Shown in pieces: positions 32,908 to 47,900 of a stretch of DNA of 64,000 bases (position 1 is its first letter; each line of letters starts with the position of its first letter). The notes below the pieces were generated by a model that was not told the origin of the DNA, searched no databases, and worked only from the letters and a program-made list of their open reading frames with translations. This DNA is from Tubiluchus corallicola (Eukaryota > Animalia > Priapulida), in NCBI GenBank assembly GCA_030141605.1, contig JAQGDQ010000008.1, positions 868,001 to 932,000 of the forward strand, written 5' to 3'. Made by a program: the position numbers and the translations under genes.

Positions 32908-35900
32908 CTATAACAGTAAATTTACTGCTATGTTATTTATTTATTTGAAAGGAAAATATCTACTACAATTGTGACTGCCAAAAACTTGAAACTTGTTGAA
33001 TGAAAGACATAATTATATGGGGTGTGTCAGTCCTGAGTGCCAAATAATTGCAGCCGTATAATTACGTTTTACAATAAAATTGGCATTACAGTGTCAAGGG
33101 TGTAATGGCGTCTTGAATGCTTTTAACGATATGCATCTATTAGCTTCAAGTCATGATCGTTTGCTTGATTAGGCCTTAGACTCTTTGATACTTTGTTGTC
33201 AGTTTTAATGTTTAGTGGTTTAATGCTGTGTGTTAGTGCTTTAGAGTCTATTATGCAGAGTAATTTGAGTCAATTGTCGACAGTTTTTATATACTTTTGC
33301 ATAGGAGCGGCCCTACTAGACATTTTTGAGACAATTAGGCAAATGATTCTACGTTACCATGAGTCTAATACACGGCGCCTACTATATTAACCTGGTATTG
33401 GAAAACATGGACAATCGGCAAATTCATACCGAAGTCTCCCCGCTTTTGTCCAGCAAACCGAGATATGAGTGTGCTCGATTATATCTTGGTACAGTTTTGG
33501 ATTTCGGGTGGTACATTTTGAGCACCCAAAGTCCATATACAATTTTCAACTTAACATTATCTTCTGATCATTATACGTTTGTACTTTCTTGTGATGTTTG
33601 GTAATATATCAATAAATTTTTCTTATCAATTATCTTAACATTTAGTAATTTATTTCTGCTGTAACTGATGCAGTGAATGATTCATCTACCAAGTCAGTGA
33701 TTTACCATACGAGGGCGGTAATTTGGATGCCACAGCCACAAATGACTTGATAAAAGAAACCTTTTCCTATTAAAATTTACAGCCAAACACAATGCAAAAA
33801 CCAGAACTGAAACTTTACATTTTAGAACTTTTCTAAATAGGTTCAAATTTAGCAAACAATTCACTTTAATTTTAGTTTTGAACAAAAGCAAGGTGCACAA
33901 ATCAGTTAGAAAAACCAGAATAGCCATTTTACCTGGATTCTATTGAGCTCCACGACTGGTCCATGTTGGCGATCCCTAACCATTGTAGCTTGAACAACCT
34001 TCCTAAATGCTGCTTCCTGTATTAAGATAAGTAATTATTTGCAAAAACAACTGAAACTAAAAATTATTAGCATATATGTGATGATAACATCTTAAGATAC
34101 TCCCATTCTTCAAGATACGTAACTTGCTCTTTTACATTCTAACAATGTTCTTTTACACAAATATATGTTCATTTCTTTCACGTTTAGTTACTGATGGGTA
34201 TATGGGTAGTATATTTCATTGCAAAGGTATTACAGCTTAAGTAACATTGTATATATTAATTCTACCGGTATATATATATATATAGCAGTAGAATTATATA
34301 TACCATTATATATATATCTTTTACCTCGAATCTTATATATATACATATGTATATATATAAGATTCGAGGCTACAGCTCCGACGACGCCACATTTGCGGCG
34401 ATCTATACATCAAACGAAAGGTCTCGATCTAGTGTCGTGCCATTGGGGGTTTATTTTCCGAATTGGGCCCACCGTGAGGAACGGGGGGCGAAAAACCACC
34501 AAAAATGGCCATTTTCAGCTGTTTTTTGCAAAACTTATACCTCTGAGATCTGGAGAATGGGAACGGGCCATGGATAGATAGCCCGTTCAGCAATGGGTGT
34601 AGTAGGCATATTTTGAATTCGCGAGATGGCCATGGCGTCCCGTAACGGGCGTTTTCCCGGACCCACCTCGCGATTTTTTCGAAACTTTGGTCAAACAGTA
34701 TGCGGAAAAAACGTTCTAGCAGCGCCAGGTGGGACTCTCGAAAGGAGATATATAGCTCTTTAGAAAGAGGAAGAACAGGGCTACACGATGATGTGGGCTA
34801 TATTTTAGGGCAGGTCCATCAAGATGAGTGCCGACGAGTTAATTAGATGTTCTATTTTTGGCAATTTTCGCTTGGAAAACTGCTGATGCAAAGCCATTGT
34901 TCTGACGTTATCCATTATACTCTGCTTATCTTATAACATTAATTCAGTAAAAGCTGCTGCTGCTGACTTCAGGTAAATAAACGAACACTAGGTGGAATGT
35001 TCGCGCATTGTTGATTATTAGTGTATTTATACGCAAAATTTTTTGTGGGGCCTTTGCTAGTAAAAAATTGATAAAAGTATACGCAAAGTACAATGGTAAA
35101 ATCAGTTTACTAGTAAAGATGAAACCACAATAAGTTCAAAAATAAGCCAATACTGAAAGTAACTTTGTGATCAGCCGTTAAGTATGTTCTATGCTGAAGT
35201 AGCACTTAAGTAATACTTAAGCAACAGCGACTTACCTTGCCAGCAGATACAAGCAAACCACGCAAAGTACTCGAGCCAATAGTCCTCGTACCAGTGATGC
35301 CCTCACCAGATGGCCGGTCCAGATCAAACATTGAGATGGAAGGGCAGAATAAGTCAGAGAAATGATGAAGCAAAACCTATTATTTAAGTATTTATTAGTA
35401 CACAAGTTGTACAAAAAAGACTTCGAAAATCTTCAAATTGTAAACAGACCTATTTCTATAACTCGCAATTGTGCAAATGATACTGTCATAAGTCTCCCAC
35501 TAGGTTCACTAATAAAAGCTGCAAATGGTACTGTTGTAAGGCCCCCACTAGGTCCACTAATAAAAGCTCCGTTTCTTGTACGCGAGCATTTGCAAAATTC
35601 TCATTAATCTCACCTGTATTGACCAAGATTGGATGTTGTATGATTATCTCTCCACTTTTAGTGTTATTTAAGTAAAGCCTACTTTCTCCACAAAAAAACT
35701 TCTACAGTTCTTGCAAACTAAGACTTTAGCTCTAAATGATATAAAGGGTGAACAACATTTTTTCGAATAAAACTTTGATGAAGTTTCTGATCTCTCATCC
35801 CATCTGCCATCCATCACTGTTCTGTTACACTGTTATTGAACGTTTTGTGGTTGCTAAAGTATTGGTGTCGTAACACATTTTGCTACCTACCTGTACTTCT

Positions 35901-38900
35901 ACTAGATCATACGTGTATATCTATAGTCCCAATGTTGGTTCTCTATTATCTAATGCACTATTTATGTGAATACATGTATTCTTTATTTTATGGATCTTGA
36001 CGTGTAGGGTGACAGAACTCTAGTACTGAAATAGCTACATGTTCAAATAAATCAATTAATGTGGATACTGTTGTATTGATTTGAACCCAACCAGTACCAG
36101 AGGTCAGCCAAACTAACACAAACCACACAAAAGCAATGTGACAGATTCAAGAAGATGAAAACTTTCCCAAACAACTGGGTCTATAAATGAATATAAAGGC
36201 ATATTTTATCTGTCGTAAGTTCATCACCATTACACACCAGTTCCGTTATCAGAAAATGAACAAGAAAAGTTTACATTATAAATCAAATGTTCGTAATATG
36301 CAGATACGTACTAAGCGATTCCGTAGAATGGGAATAAGAATATGTTCCAAATGCGGATACTCCATGGGTACTACAGTCGGTAAGCGAGTCGCATGTACTG
36401 GTTTACTAGTCGACCAAGCTAAGCTGTGTGCAGAACCACAAGCAACTCTATTGATCTTCCTTCCCTGCAAGTTTGGAATTTATAAAAATGTGAACAAATT
36501 CTAAGACAAAGCGGTCTAATTTGACGGTCTAAATTGAGCAGTTAACATAATACCAATTTTTTTACAAAATAAAAACACCTTTATTAAAGTGAGAAAAGTG
36601 TATGTAATGATAGTAATAAGTAATAAGGAAGTAATATAATGCAGCAATTCTTTTTGTAAAAAATAAAACATCAACATTTGAACAATAACAAAAAGTTTTC
36701 ATTAACGTCATAAGAAAGGTACTCTGCAAACTCTATTTAGAAAACACAGCAGAAGAAATAAATCCCAGGAAATGACTATGTTCCACCTTACTTATTTCAA
36801 AAGCACAACATTCTTCTTCTTATATACTAAATTTAAAAGTATGGCTATGTTCTACTATACTTACTTAAAAGCATGACTATGTTCTACTATAGTTTCAACT
36901 GACTGAAATTCTTATACTTCATAGTTTTAAAATTTACACACTACTGAAGAACGGCAGATGCAAAATCTTTCTAGATTTACAAAATAAACCAGCAAAAAAA
37001 TTTGTTACTATAAGCATGCATGAAAGATGTTTGTTTTCTTTAAAGCTCTACTTAACTTCAGTACAGACAATAACCTGTTCTGCTATAGTTTCTTAAAAAA
37101 CATGACAATGTTCTACTGTACTCACTTGTAAAGCAGTTACTAATCGAGGTCGTGGTATAGCATTAGTTGTACTGTCTCCTAACTGTCCTTCATCATTATC
37201 ACCCCAAGTGTACACTTCTCCTTGATCTGTACAGACTATGCAGTGCAAAGAACCAGTAGCAATACTAATCACATGTTTCCCTTGTAAAGCAGTGACTCTT
37301 CTCGGTCTACGAACATGGTCATCTGCCCCATGGCCCAACCGATGATAATCTCCTTTTCCCCTACACAAACAAACAGCATCTTGTGTTATTAAGCTTTGAG
37401 GGCTAACTACGTTGTCAAAAATACTGTTGACCAGTTAAAGTCAAAAATGATTTCATTATATACAAACGTATTAGCTTATTTGAACAAAAAAACGATTACT
37501 TATTTATTTTAGAATACAATGTAGCAGTTTGAAAGTCAGAATCTATCAATCACTTCTAAGGCCTACATATTGTAGATGTTCATAACAGGATGGGAACTCA
37601 GCTTATTATCAAGGATAGTCATCTAAGGTGAGACATTGTGCACGGGAATTGAATGTGTGTTAGCCACGTGTAGATGCTTACATATCCTCCCTCAGTAAGG
37701 TTAATAGCCAGAGGCTCAGCTTTCTTAGCAATTACTTAGTAACCAAGCTCCATGTTGCTTGACTTCGGTTGGTAGGTGCTCACAGTGACTAACATTTTCT
37801 CAGTCTCATGCTGACGTTTATACAGACCCAAGTACTGTACATGTTAATATTACTAAAAGAAGTGTGTGTGTGCAGCGAGTGCCTTTCTTACCACGTATAA
37901 ACACTTCCGTTTCTTGTTAATGCCATGGAAAACTGTGATCCACATTCCACTTTAATCACACCTACGCCCTCCAGTGCTTCAATCTTCATAGGTACTTTGC
38001 AACCATCACTGCCGCCACGACCTAGTTTGCCATAGTCACCATCACCCCACGACCAAACGTTGACATCATCAGTAATACACAGAGTTTGAGCATCGCCACT
38101 TCCGCAGGCAACATCAATGACACGGAAACTTCTCAGTGCCTCCACCTGACAGTAGAACCACAGATTACAATAAGGAAAAGACAAGTTTGCACTAACTGTT
38201 TCTATAGCAATTACATGCACATACTATAAAAAAGTATAAAAGTCACTTCTTCTGTACGGAGAAGAATTTGGCAGCTCACCAAAGTAACAAGTGACTGAAT
38301 ATAAACTTATGTAAAATGTTAATAACCACTAGTAAATTGGCAAAATTCTGAAATTTTGGACCTTGGTTGATGCAACTTCACTATGTAATGGCACATGAAA
38401 TATAAAAAGTAATTAGTAATGAATGAATTAGTACTAACACCAAGAAAAGTTTAACTAAAAAACATGCCTATTACATGGAGAAGAATTGCCATGAATATAA
38501 GTTTGGATTAGAAAGCTTTGAAAATTTACCCAAAGCCATATTAACAACACCCTCTGTTAATTAAAAAGCAGGTAAAAGACTTGTAACACTTACCAGCTTA
38601 GGTTTATACTGATCTTCTGAGTCACCGTGTCCAAGGCGACCGTACCTGCCCTTGCCCCAAGTGAACAACTCCCCGGCTGCAGTAACGCAAGCACTGTGAG
38701 CTCCTCCTGCTGCTACATCGACAATCTCTGTGCCGCGCAGAGACTCAATCACACGGGGACGATCGCATGGGCTGAAAAATTCAACATCAATAATGTTATA
38801 TATAAAAGAAATGACAGCCATTAGGAAATTAAAATCGTATTTATCATAAATTTTGGCTTTGCTAATATTAAGTTGCCATTTAAAATTATTTATTGACGAA

Positions 38901-41900
38901 AATGGATGCTTCATCAATCTCCGTTGATTTCATAAAAAATGGACTATGGAAAATTCTAACACGAAGCAACAGTAGCAAGAGAAATTTGAAAAATCCTAAT
39001 TTTGTTAATTAATTATGACTGTGATTCCCAGAATTGTAAGGATTTGAACCCGAGGCCTGGAATCGTACTCCCACGCTGTACCACCTGAGCTAGTCCACAA
39101 TGTTCCAGTGTCTCCATTCTCCAACTCATTACCCACAATGGGTAATAATTTGTAAAATAAACCGCACATGGTTTTACAATTCCGGCAATCACAGTTATAA
39201 TTAATTAATGATACTGCCATCTAATATGGGAAAATAGCAAACCCTAATTTTGGTGCTAATTCTGGACTAAACTTCATGAAAACTGAGAGGAATGTTCACA
39301 AGTCAGAACGCTACCAAATCAATGAGTAACATCGTTTTTGTAACTTTTTACAGGATCAGTTTGTGGCAAAAACCTTCGATCTTAGTGTTCAGTGAAGATG
39401 CAAGATCATTTATTAGCAGATCAAACTTATGATAAACACATTTAAAAAATAATGTTAGTTTAAAATTTAACTAACAGCTGAATGAAGGTAACGACAACAA
39501 ACTTAGAAGATGTTGATTTTTCAGTATTGGTATTAACAGACCTTCAAAAATGGTTGACTGGATTAAGTATAGTGCTTTGAAACATCAATATTATCAAAGG
39601 CATTACGAATAGTACCAGCTGTGCTGTACCAAGGAGTGCAAACAAACAAAATTGTTAGAACAACACCAGGCAAATAATGTCTGGACTAATTTCCATGTAG
39701 TATTGACGACAATGTAGGGTATCATACCTAAACTGTATACTAAGATATAACATTAAAAATACGCATTTATAAAAGCAGCAATACTAGGTACAAAAGCACT
39801 AAATCAGAAAATGGCAGTGGATACTTATTAAAATGATGGTAGTGAAAGCACCAGAATCTAGCTAATTATCTAGATAATGCTTTGAGATGAGATAATGAAA
39901 ATGCCTAGCCACATTATGTATATATATTCCAAAGAATAATCAAACTAAGGCTGTATTGACACAAAATCACCCAAAGGCATTTTTTCTATTAATCACCCAT
40001 CCATCACTAATCAGGATCAATATTGCTTAATTTTAAGTTCAAAGTACACATTGTATGCTTCAGGCACTCACCCTCCCCAATTAAAGAAGAACCTCACCTT
40101 CTATTTCCATGTCCGAGTTTTCCATCTTCACCCTCTCCCCAAGTGTACACTTCCCCATCTGCTGAGAGCGCCAAACAATGTTTGCCTCCCGAGTTGACAG
40201 CAACTTTCTTGATAAACACATGTTGAATGCTTTCCAACAGCGCAGGAGTGGACAAGGAATCAGTACCTCCTGCTCCTAATCGACCGCCAGCTCCATAACC
40301 GGTAGCAAACACCTAAATGATGAAAAGAATTTGTTTAGTATAAGCTTAAATTGGCTACGGAAAATGTTAATATCTGATTTACGCTGGGAAAATTCACCTG
40401 GAACAGTATCAGTTTTTGTTACTGTGGTCAGTGTGTCAGAATAAAGCCCCTTTAAAAGAAAACCAGACGATTGTGTAAACATTAGTTCAGAATAAAGAAT
40501 GCTCTATAATATTGAAAACTACAACAGCTTTTTCAAATCAAAGCTTAGATTAAATAATAATTACCTCGATACTCAAAATTTTGTTAAACTTTCAAAGTTA
40601 CGTGCGGCTCAGTGAATCTACTAAGATTGGCAATGGCACCTTTTTCTCACACTGGTGTGGCCGACAAATAGAAGGCGGTACCGTGATAACCATGATGATG
40701 AACTGCACTGTTAGTTCTGACGTCATATGACATAGAGCCCATTTTCCTGACATCACGCGTTTAAGCAGTAACACTTACGCAAACGTGCTTGACGCACAAG
40801 GGAAGATGCCTACCATTGCACAAACTGTGGTTAGTTTCTGACGGAACTTTTATAGACAAGAAAATGTATATTTTGGACAGTAATTTAAAATGAGATTGAG
40901 TCTAAACAATCGTCCCGTTTCCTTTAAGCCAGGGATGTGATTAGTGACCTGAGCCATGCACCCAAAGTTTCAGCAATCAAGTTCCAACTTTCCAACTTAT
41001 GATATATACTCTTCCATGCTTTATCATTCAATACCATGTCGACAATATGCAGTAAAATTACTATCAGCATTAGTAGTACCAGTATATAAAAGAAACACAT
41101 TTTCTAAGTTTTGTTTATTATTTACTTACAAAATTACTGAAATATTTATCCAAATAACTACTATCCCAGTAGAATCCTTATTGGGGATTCTTAAGTTGTT
41201 GCCCAGTTAATGCATGAAGTAGGGGTGCTCTTAACAGTAATGTCCCCACAAGCTAAAAAACAGTATTACATTTCAGGGTGCACTCTTATTGTCATATTAA
41301 CGATACAACATTGTTAAATGGAGGCAACTGCTGGGAAATTCATTTATGAACAACATATTACAGACCTTACCAACCAAGTAATATTGCCTGTATGTTTACA
41401 ATTAAATCTGTGACACTATGACATGCAATATGATCACGTAAACTTACATTATCCATCTTTCAACTATTTTAGAACCATAGCATTTCTTATAACAAAGAAA
41501 CAAACATGTGTGTTGCACTTATACCTTTCCATCTGCAGTAACTGCAAACAAGGTTTGCTCTCCACCTATAAGTTGAACAGGTCGCAGTGCTGCTACACCA
41601 TCACAAGGGGTCGGGATTTTAACTTTTGCACCTTCAATACCACCCAGCTGGCCACGATGATTGTGTCCCCAGCCGTATATTGTTCCACTTCCGCCCCAGG
41701 ACAGTGTCCAGTCATCTGGTTGCCTAGCAGCAGAATTTTGTTATAAGTTTGACTTATTAACTAAAACTTATCAAACAGAATAACAAATCAAAATACCAAA
41801 TGACAAAAATACATTTTAGCAAAGAGACTACCGAAAACACCATTCAGAACAGGAAAGAGCTGACACCGGTGCAAAGGATTTAAAAGCTGCTCTAGGGAGA

Positions 41901-44900
41901 GGTTATTAACCAAAATAAACCTGCTTTACTTAGATGATCAAAATTTATTATTACAACTTTAATCATTTTCTCACACATTTTGGCATGGCCCCAGTATTTA
42001 CTGACACAGCATACTGGATGTAGATGATTGTAGCAAGGCCAAAACCTAGATCATTATCAAAGATAATCTTTAAAGATGAGAAGCTGAAGAAACTGAGGTA
42101 TTTCAAACACTTGTGCATGCTTAATAATCTTCTCTCAATGAGGTATATAGCCATAATAGTATGACAAACGGAAACAGTCCAATTTAACACTCTCAAAGGG
42201 AAATTACAGATTTTAAGCAAAATGAAAATCTCACTCACAAAATTTTCCAAATAAGAAAGCAAAAAAAACAATTACCCAGCACCTTTAACTAATGTACTAT
42301 ATTAGCTATTTTCTCAGATTTCCTAATTTAAATTTAAAATTTCTCAGTTGTTTTAAAGCCTAGCAATTTGCTCATTTTTTGCCAAGCAAGACCCTGTCGT
42401 TACCTTGACAACCATAACACCAGTTCCTCATCTTGCTCTTGTTTAAAAAGGGAGTGACTCTCATGCCGACGATCCACTTCTTCCAGAGGACACATTTCTT
42501 GAATTTTTCTGTAAACCTTCAAACAAATTTTGACAATTAATCTTTGTCATAAGTAAAGAACTTTTATAATGTGAATTTCATCACAGTGAACATAAGAGAC
42601 CTGCATAAATTTATGACAACAAATTTGCAGAATTTATGCACTGCTTCACATCCTTATAATTAGCTGCTTGTCTAACTGGAATGTAATGCACACCACCAAT
42701 TGTATTATTATGTATAATTATAATATTTTGGAAACAAAACAAAAAATTACCCATGTAATACAGAACTGCTAGGAACATGATCAAGATTGAACTGAAAATT
42801 CAATTGCTCTACCTTTGAAACGCTATAAATCCTCCTCCAAATATTGTTTTGTACATGGTATTTCAAATGTTTAAAAAAATTAGGTTGACAGGATTTAGCA
42901 AATGCCGACAGGAGAAATCCACATAGCTCTCAAAAATTCTAAATATTCTTATTCCACCTACAGTGAGCAGACACTGCAACCATTACCGATTTTGCTGTAG
43001 TCGTGTCACGTACCATCAAAGTTAATATAACAAACATATATACGTCAGATAATATGGAATCTTCACATCAAATGTGGCCTGGCAATTTACACTAATCAGC
43101 CACATAAAACAACTAGTAGCAAGGAACGAAATATTAAAAGTCTAAAATCTCAGTGTCACGTTAATTTACATCTGAATTTATGACAGTTTTTTCAAAAACT
43201 ACAAACATTTTTTACAGAAATTTTACAAATTTGCAAACGATGTTAAAAAAATTGTAAAGGCCCAGAATCAAGCAGTTGGTAACTATCTTGAGCAGTAATC
43301 TTCCAAAAAAAAAGAAATCTACCTCTTCGCAGAATGCAGTAGGTAGCTGTACCCTCTTATCTAGGGAGTTGGCTACCCTAGCCGCCATGCAGTACCTCCT
43401 AAACCATGCCCACTTGTGCTGATCGGTACAGCAACGCAATGAATCAAGTCTAATGTCACATGCTAAAGCAACCAGTACCTAAACAAGTTATAAAGTATAT
43501 GAAGAGATCAGAAATTGATAGTGTCATTGTAAAATCACAAATACTGTGAAAATCTTAATTGTGTTAGTACGCAATTTTACTACTTATGTCGCAAGTGCAA
43601 AGAACTAGTAATTAAAATTAATGAATTGTATTACAACTACTGATAGTAAAAAGCTATAATCACTTTGATTGAAAAAATGGGTTCAGAGTCCAGGCATTGA
43701 AGTGTTATATCCATAATTACTGACCTTGAAAAAAGGACTGTGCATCAGTTGCTTTCCTCCGCGGACTATAGGATCTTCGTATTCAAACTGACGAAGCAAC
43801 GCTTCTGGCAGGCTCTTCACTAGCGATGTCAGAGCTGAACCGCTGATAGACTATTAAGCAAAAATACATTTCGCAGACAACAATTGAAACAATTATAACC
43901 AGACTCAATAAAAATGAGGAATTTCTGTCAAATCACTGCGGAACTATTACTAATATAGACAGTTTTTGGCATGTCACACATTCAATTTTGTCTATTTTCT
44001 ATACAGCCAGTTGTTGACTTACGACCACAATTCTGAGTGACAGGTTATAAAGTGATATGGACATGAGTCGGACGTGTATCACGAAGAAATATCATATACA
44101 AGTATCATTTGCTTTACATTGTTGTTTATACTATTCTTATATACTCTATGCTGAGGTCATAAAATCTGTAAGTTATAAGTTGCACAGGATGTAAGTCCAT
44201 GAGTGTCTGTACTACACTAAGCAAAAAACACACAAAACATAGCAAAAGCACTCACATATTGTTTATTGGAATCCACCAGCGATCCAGACAGTGTATCTAT
44301 AATGTTAATGTTTAATCCACTGGTCACCAGCTGGCGTAGTCGTTGCAGAGCCCACATACGCTGACCTGCTCCTAAAAAAACATGGTTGATAACAAAAAAC
44401 TAAAGCACAACCAAACATTGCATCAAAAAGATGTCAATTGTACAGGATGTATATATAAAAGAATTTTTAAATAAATAAAATGTCTACCTAAAGAACTCAA
44501 TTGGGCACATGCGGCTAGTGCAGCTGCTAGACGGGATATAATGTTCTTGTCCAAACTATCTTCCAACTTGAAGTCCAACAAGCAAGTTACAAGGTCTATG
44601 GATGGCCGAGACAGCACAGAGCGGTCCGAAAGTAGCTCTTTTGGCGTCGCAGCTGGCATGACGGGATAGACGGTAAACTTCCAACCCCAGCCATTGACGG
44701 AGCCATCACTGACAAACTTCCACCGGAGTTCATCTCCAGGAATCCGGAGCTCTTGTGACCAATCGGCCCATTCCTGCCCTGTATGCAAGAAGATGTTTGC
44801 GAGTTTAACTGCTTATATCTACAAATTGTTTACTTATTAAAGGTAAAAATGGTATACTGATTATAATATTATCATAGCGGCTAAACAATTGCTCAACAAC

Positions 44901-47900
44901 TTACAAACAAAGTGATTTTTACATCTAGCTGTTATGACAATTTCCAATTATTGACTCGCTTGGTGAAATTAACCAGAATTATTTTTGCTTAATTTTTTGC
45001 GAAATGTCTTTACACGTTACTGAGATTAAGTTAAATACAAAAAACATCTGATACGGGCTACTCTCATTCAAATGTACACAAAAACTGTCAATAATAGACT
45101 CAAATAAAATTGATCTATATTATTGCTTCACGTGCTTCGATACGACACTTTTGACACGAAACGATACAGCAATGAGCTTTTACGACTTTTATGTCATACT
45201 GGTTCACTCAAATGCTCTAATATACGTAACAACAATCGTGTTAAGTACCGTTTTGTTTGTAAGCAGGAACGTTTATCATATGCTAATATGCTAGCCTAGT
45301 GGTTTGCTTTGACCCACAGGTCCACTTGTTACGCAAGAATTTTTGGGAGCTAAACATTTAAACACTTGCCTAGCTGTTTGCTTTTGAAGCTCTGGGTGTC
45401 TTTCCCAGAAAGTTTAGTCAGTTAGCTGTTATGCCAGGGATGCAGGTATAGTACAATAAGTACGTCACAATAAGACACCACCAACAGTTCAAGCTAAGCA
45501 CTTAGTATTTTGCGAGAATTTGTGCATCACACAGTAACAGATTTTCAATGTTTTTTCATTATGTGAATTTTCTGACCCAACAGGCAAAAAAAATGAAGGA
45601 GCCGACCTTGGACGTATTTTTGTAGTTTTTGTAATTAAACAAACTTGCGTGAATTAGAAAAGTAAACATTTTTATTTTATTTTTTATTAAATCACTTTAT
45701 AAGTTAATATATTTAAGGACTACATAGGAATTTAGGCATTACTTCGTTTCTAAAATTCATTAAAAGGCTTTGCAGTGCATACTAAGCTGATAATTCATAG
45801 TTCTATAATGGTAACACCACATCTGTAGGAATAACAGATTCAGTCGATTAATTGGGTCAAAACACTTCCATCCCAAAGTAAGTCTATTAAGCAATGCCTA
45901 CTGTACAACAAATCATAGTTAAAAGAAAAGCCGTTAAGCGATAACTTACTGTATTTTAAAAGTTGAAACATTTACTTATAAACTAAAACTTTTTATCAAA
46001 AATTCAGTCAGGCTTATTACAATTATATATGATCAATATTGGCACTAAAACGTACTGCACAAGGAGATTTTTAATGCTTCCAAAGCTACAGTCGAAAGAT
46101 AATTATTGTCATGAAAAAGCAATAGAAAATTAGCAAGTTAGCAGAAGCAAAGTTAGAAACAGGTAGACATTGTCAGTCACCTGAACGAACTGCTACTGTC
46201 CTTCCGGATGCATCCATTAAAGTTAGCGGATCGTGTCTGCGTTCTGTAGAACATCTCCTGTCAAACTCCACCCTCAGTGCTTCAGCTCCGGGCAAATGCA
46301 CTCGACCCTGCAAAATAACAAACATTGAGACAGTTACAAGTATAATGAGCTTACACTTATATCAACTCCATCACATATAAGCTTTTAATAAGTTAGCAGT
46401 GCCATTTTGATCTCATCGAATTGCACTTAGTAATTTTACCTGCAGGGATAAATCATCAGTGTAGGGATGATTACTCTCCTGAACAACAGGCTGAGGAACA
46501 ACTCGGGTCGTCTCTATATCAGAGGCAACGTCTTCCAACTCTGTCACACAAAGTTCTAGCAACATCTCAGCAACCTACAAGAAAACAATAACTGAATCAT
46601 GCTTTACGTTATCCTCTAATTTTACCAGAATTAAACAAATATAATACAATGAAAATATGCAGGGATAAAGCAGACCTTACGAGACAGAGGTAGTTATTTG
46701 CACAAAGAAGCTCCAAACTAAATCAGAAAACATAGCTTACTGGAAGTTGGGTTTTTCCAAGAATAGTCAACATGCCGGATATGGCTTCTTTACCACAGTT
46801 TCCGGCACGTCTGGCAACGGCTAGCTTAAGTAGATCAACTAAAACTCGTGCATCATCAACAGTCAACTTCTTTGTAAACTCATCTAGGGTATCAGTGCGA
46901 TGTAGGCCAGGTGTTTCTTTACTCGTAACCTAACATTTTAAAGCAAAAATTATGAAGTTGAATTTATTTCCACAATCAAGAAATAGCTAAATTCGATTAT
47001 AATGCAAATATTTCGTTGCTCACATAAAATACCTTACGTTTTTCAATGCATTAAATAATAAGTTTAACTGTGAGGATACAGCAAATGAAGATAAGCCACA
47101 TTGAAGCTGGTCAGCGAATGAAGGGTGACAGTGAGTTCAATTTTTTAGAGTTCACCTCTTTGAAAGAAGCTCCATACAAAACCAAAACATGGCTAAGATG
47201 CCTCTGCTATTTCGATATATCATTAAGGACGAGCTACGTTAATAACGAGCTATGTACTGGTACCGCCACAATCAAAACAACCATGAACAAATGAATCACT
47301 ATATTGAATTTCTGTTCACCAAAAACAATTATGTTACATTTAAAGCAACAATCATAGACAAATAAATTGTCTATAGAAGCATAAAAAAGAGAGCATTAAA
47401 AACCTATAGAGACAATAACAGCAAAAATAAGACTCAATTGCATATGTTACTCTCAAGATTTAACAGTCTCAAGTTTGTGCTTTTTTTAATCAACCAGCCA
47501 CTTAGAAACGGTTTTCTTTGTGGTCAGCCAGTCCACCAATTAGGACCGGCACTGTATTACTTTCGTGGTCAACACAATACAGTGATTGCCCAGCTATTTC
47601 CCTTGTTCCGAATCTACAGCTGTAAAGCTTTTTTAAATCAATAAGTAAATGTGCTTTTACACAAAACAGCATAAACTGCAAAGGCCAAGATCAGCCTTTC
47701 AGTTTTGCTAAACAGCATTTAAGGTTGCCACAAGCATGAATTGTTTGAAAATCACAAATAAGATTGGACCAAAATAATGCTCATAACCAAACCTGTTCTG
47801 TAGTTAGCTGGGAGGCCATGAAACTAGCAGCGGACAGTGACGATATTGAACTACCAGTTAGTGATGGCATGGACATAATTGAACTGGTCATGGATTGTAC

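Noticed and set aside
39033-39101. tRNA gene
   Set aside because: A/B boxes are present, but the anticodon loop is non-canonical, the acceptor stem is weak, and it sits inside a repeat element. Treated as a tRNA-derived relic.
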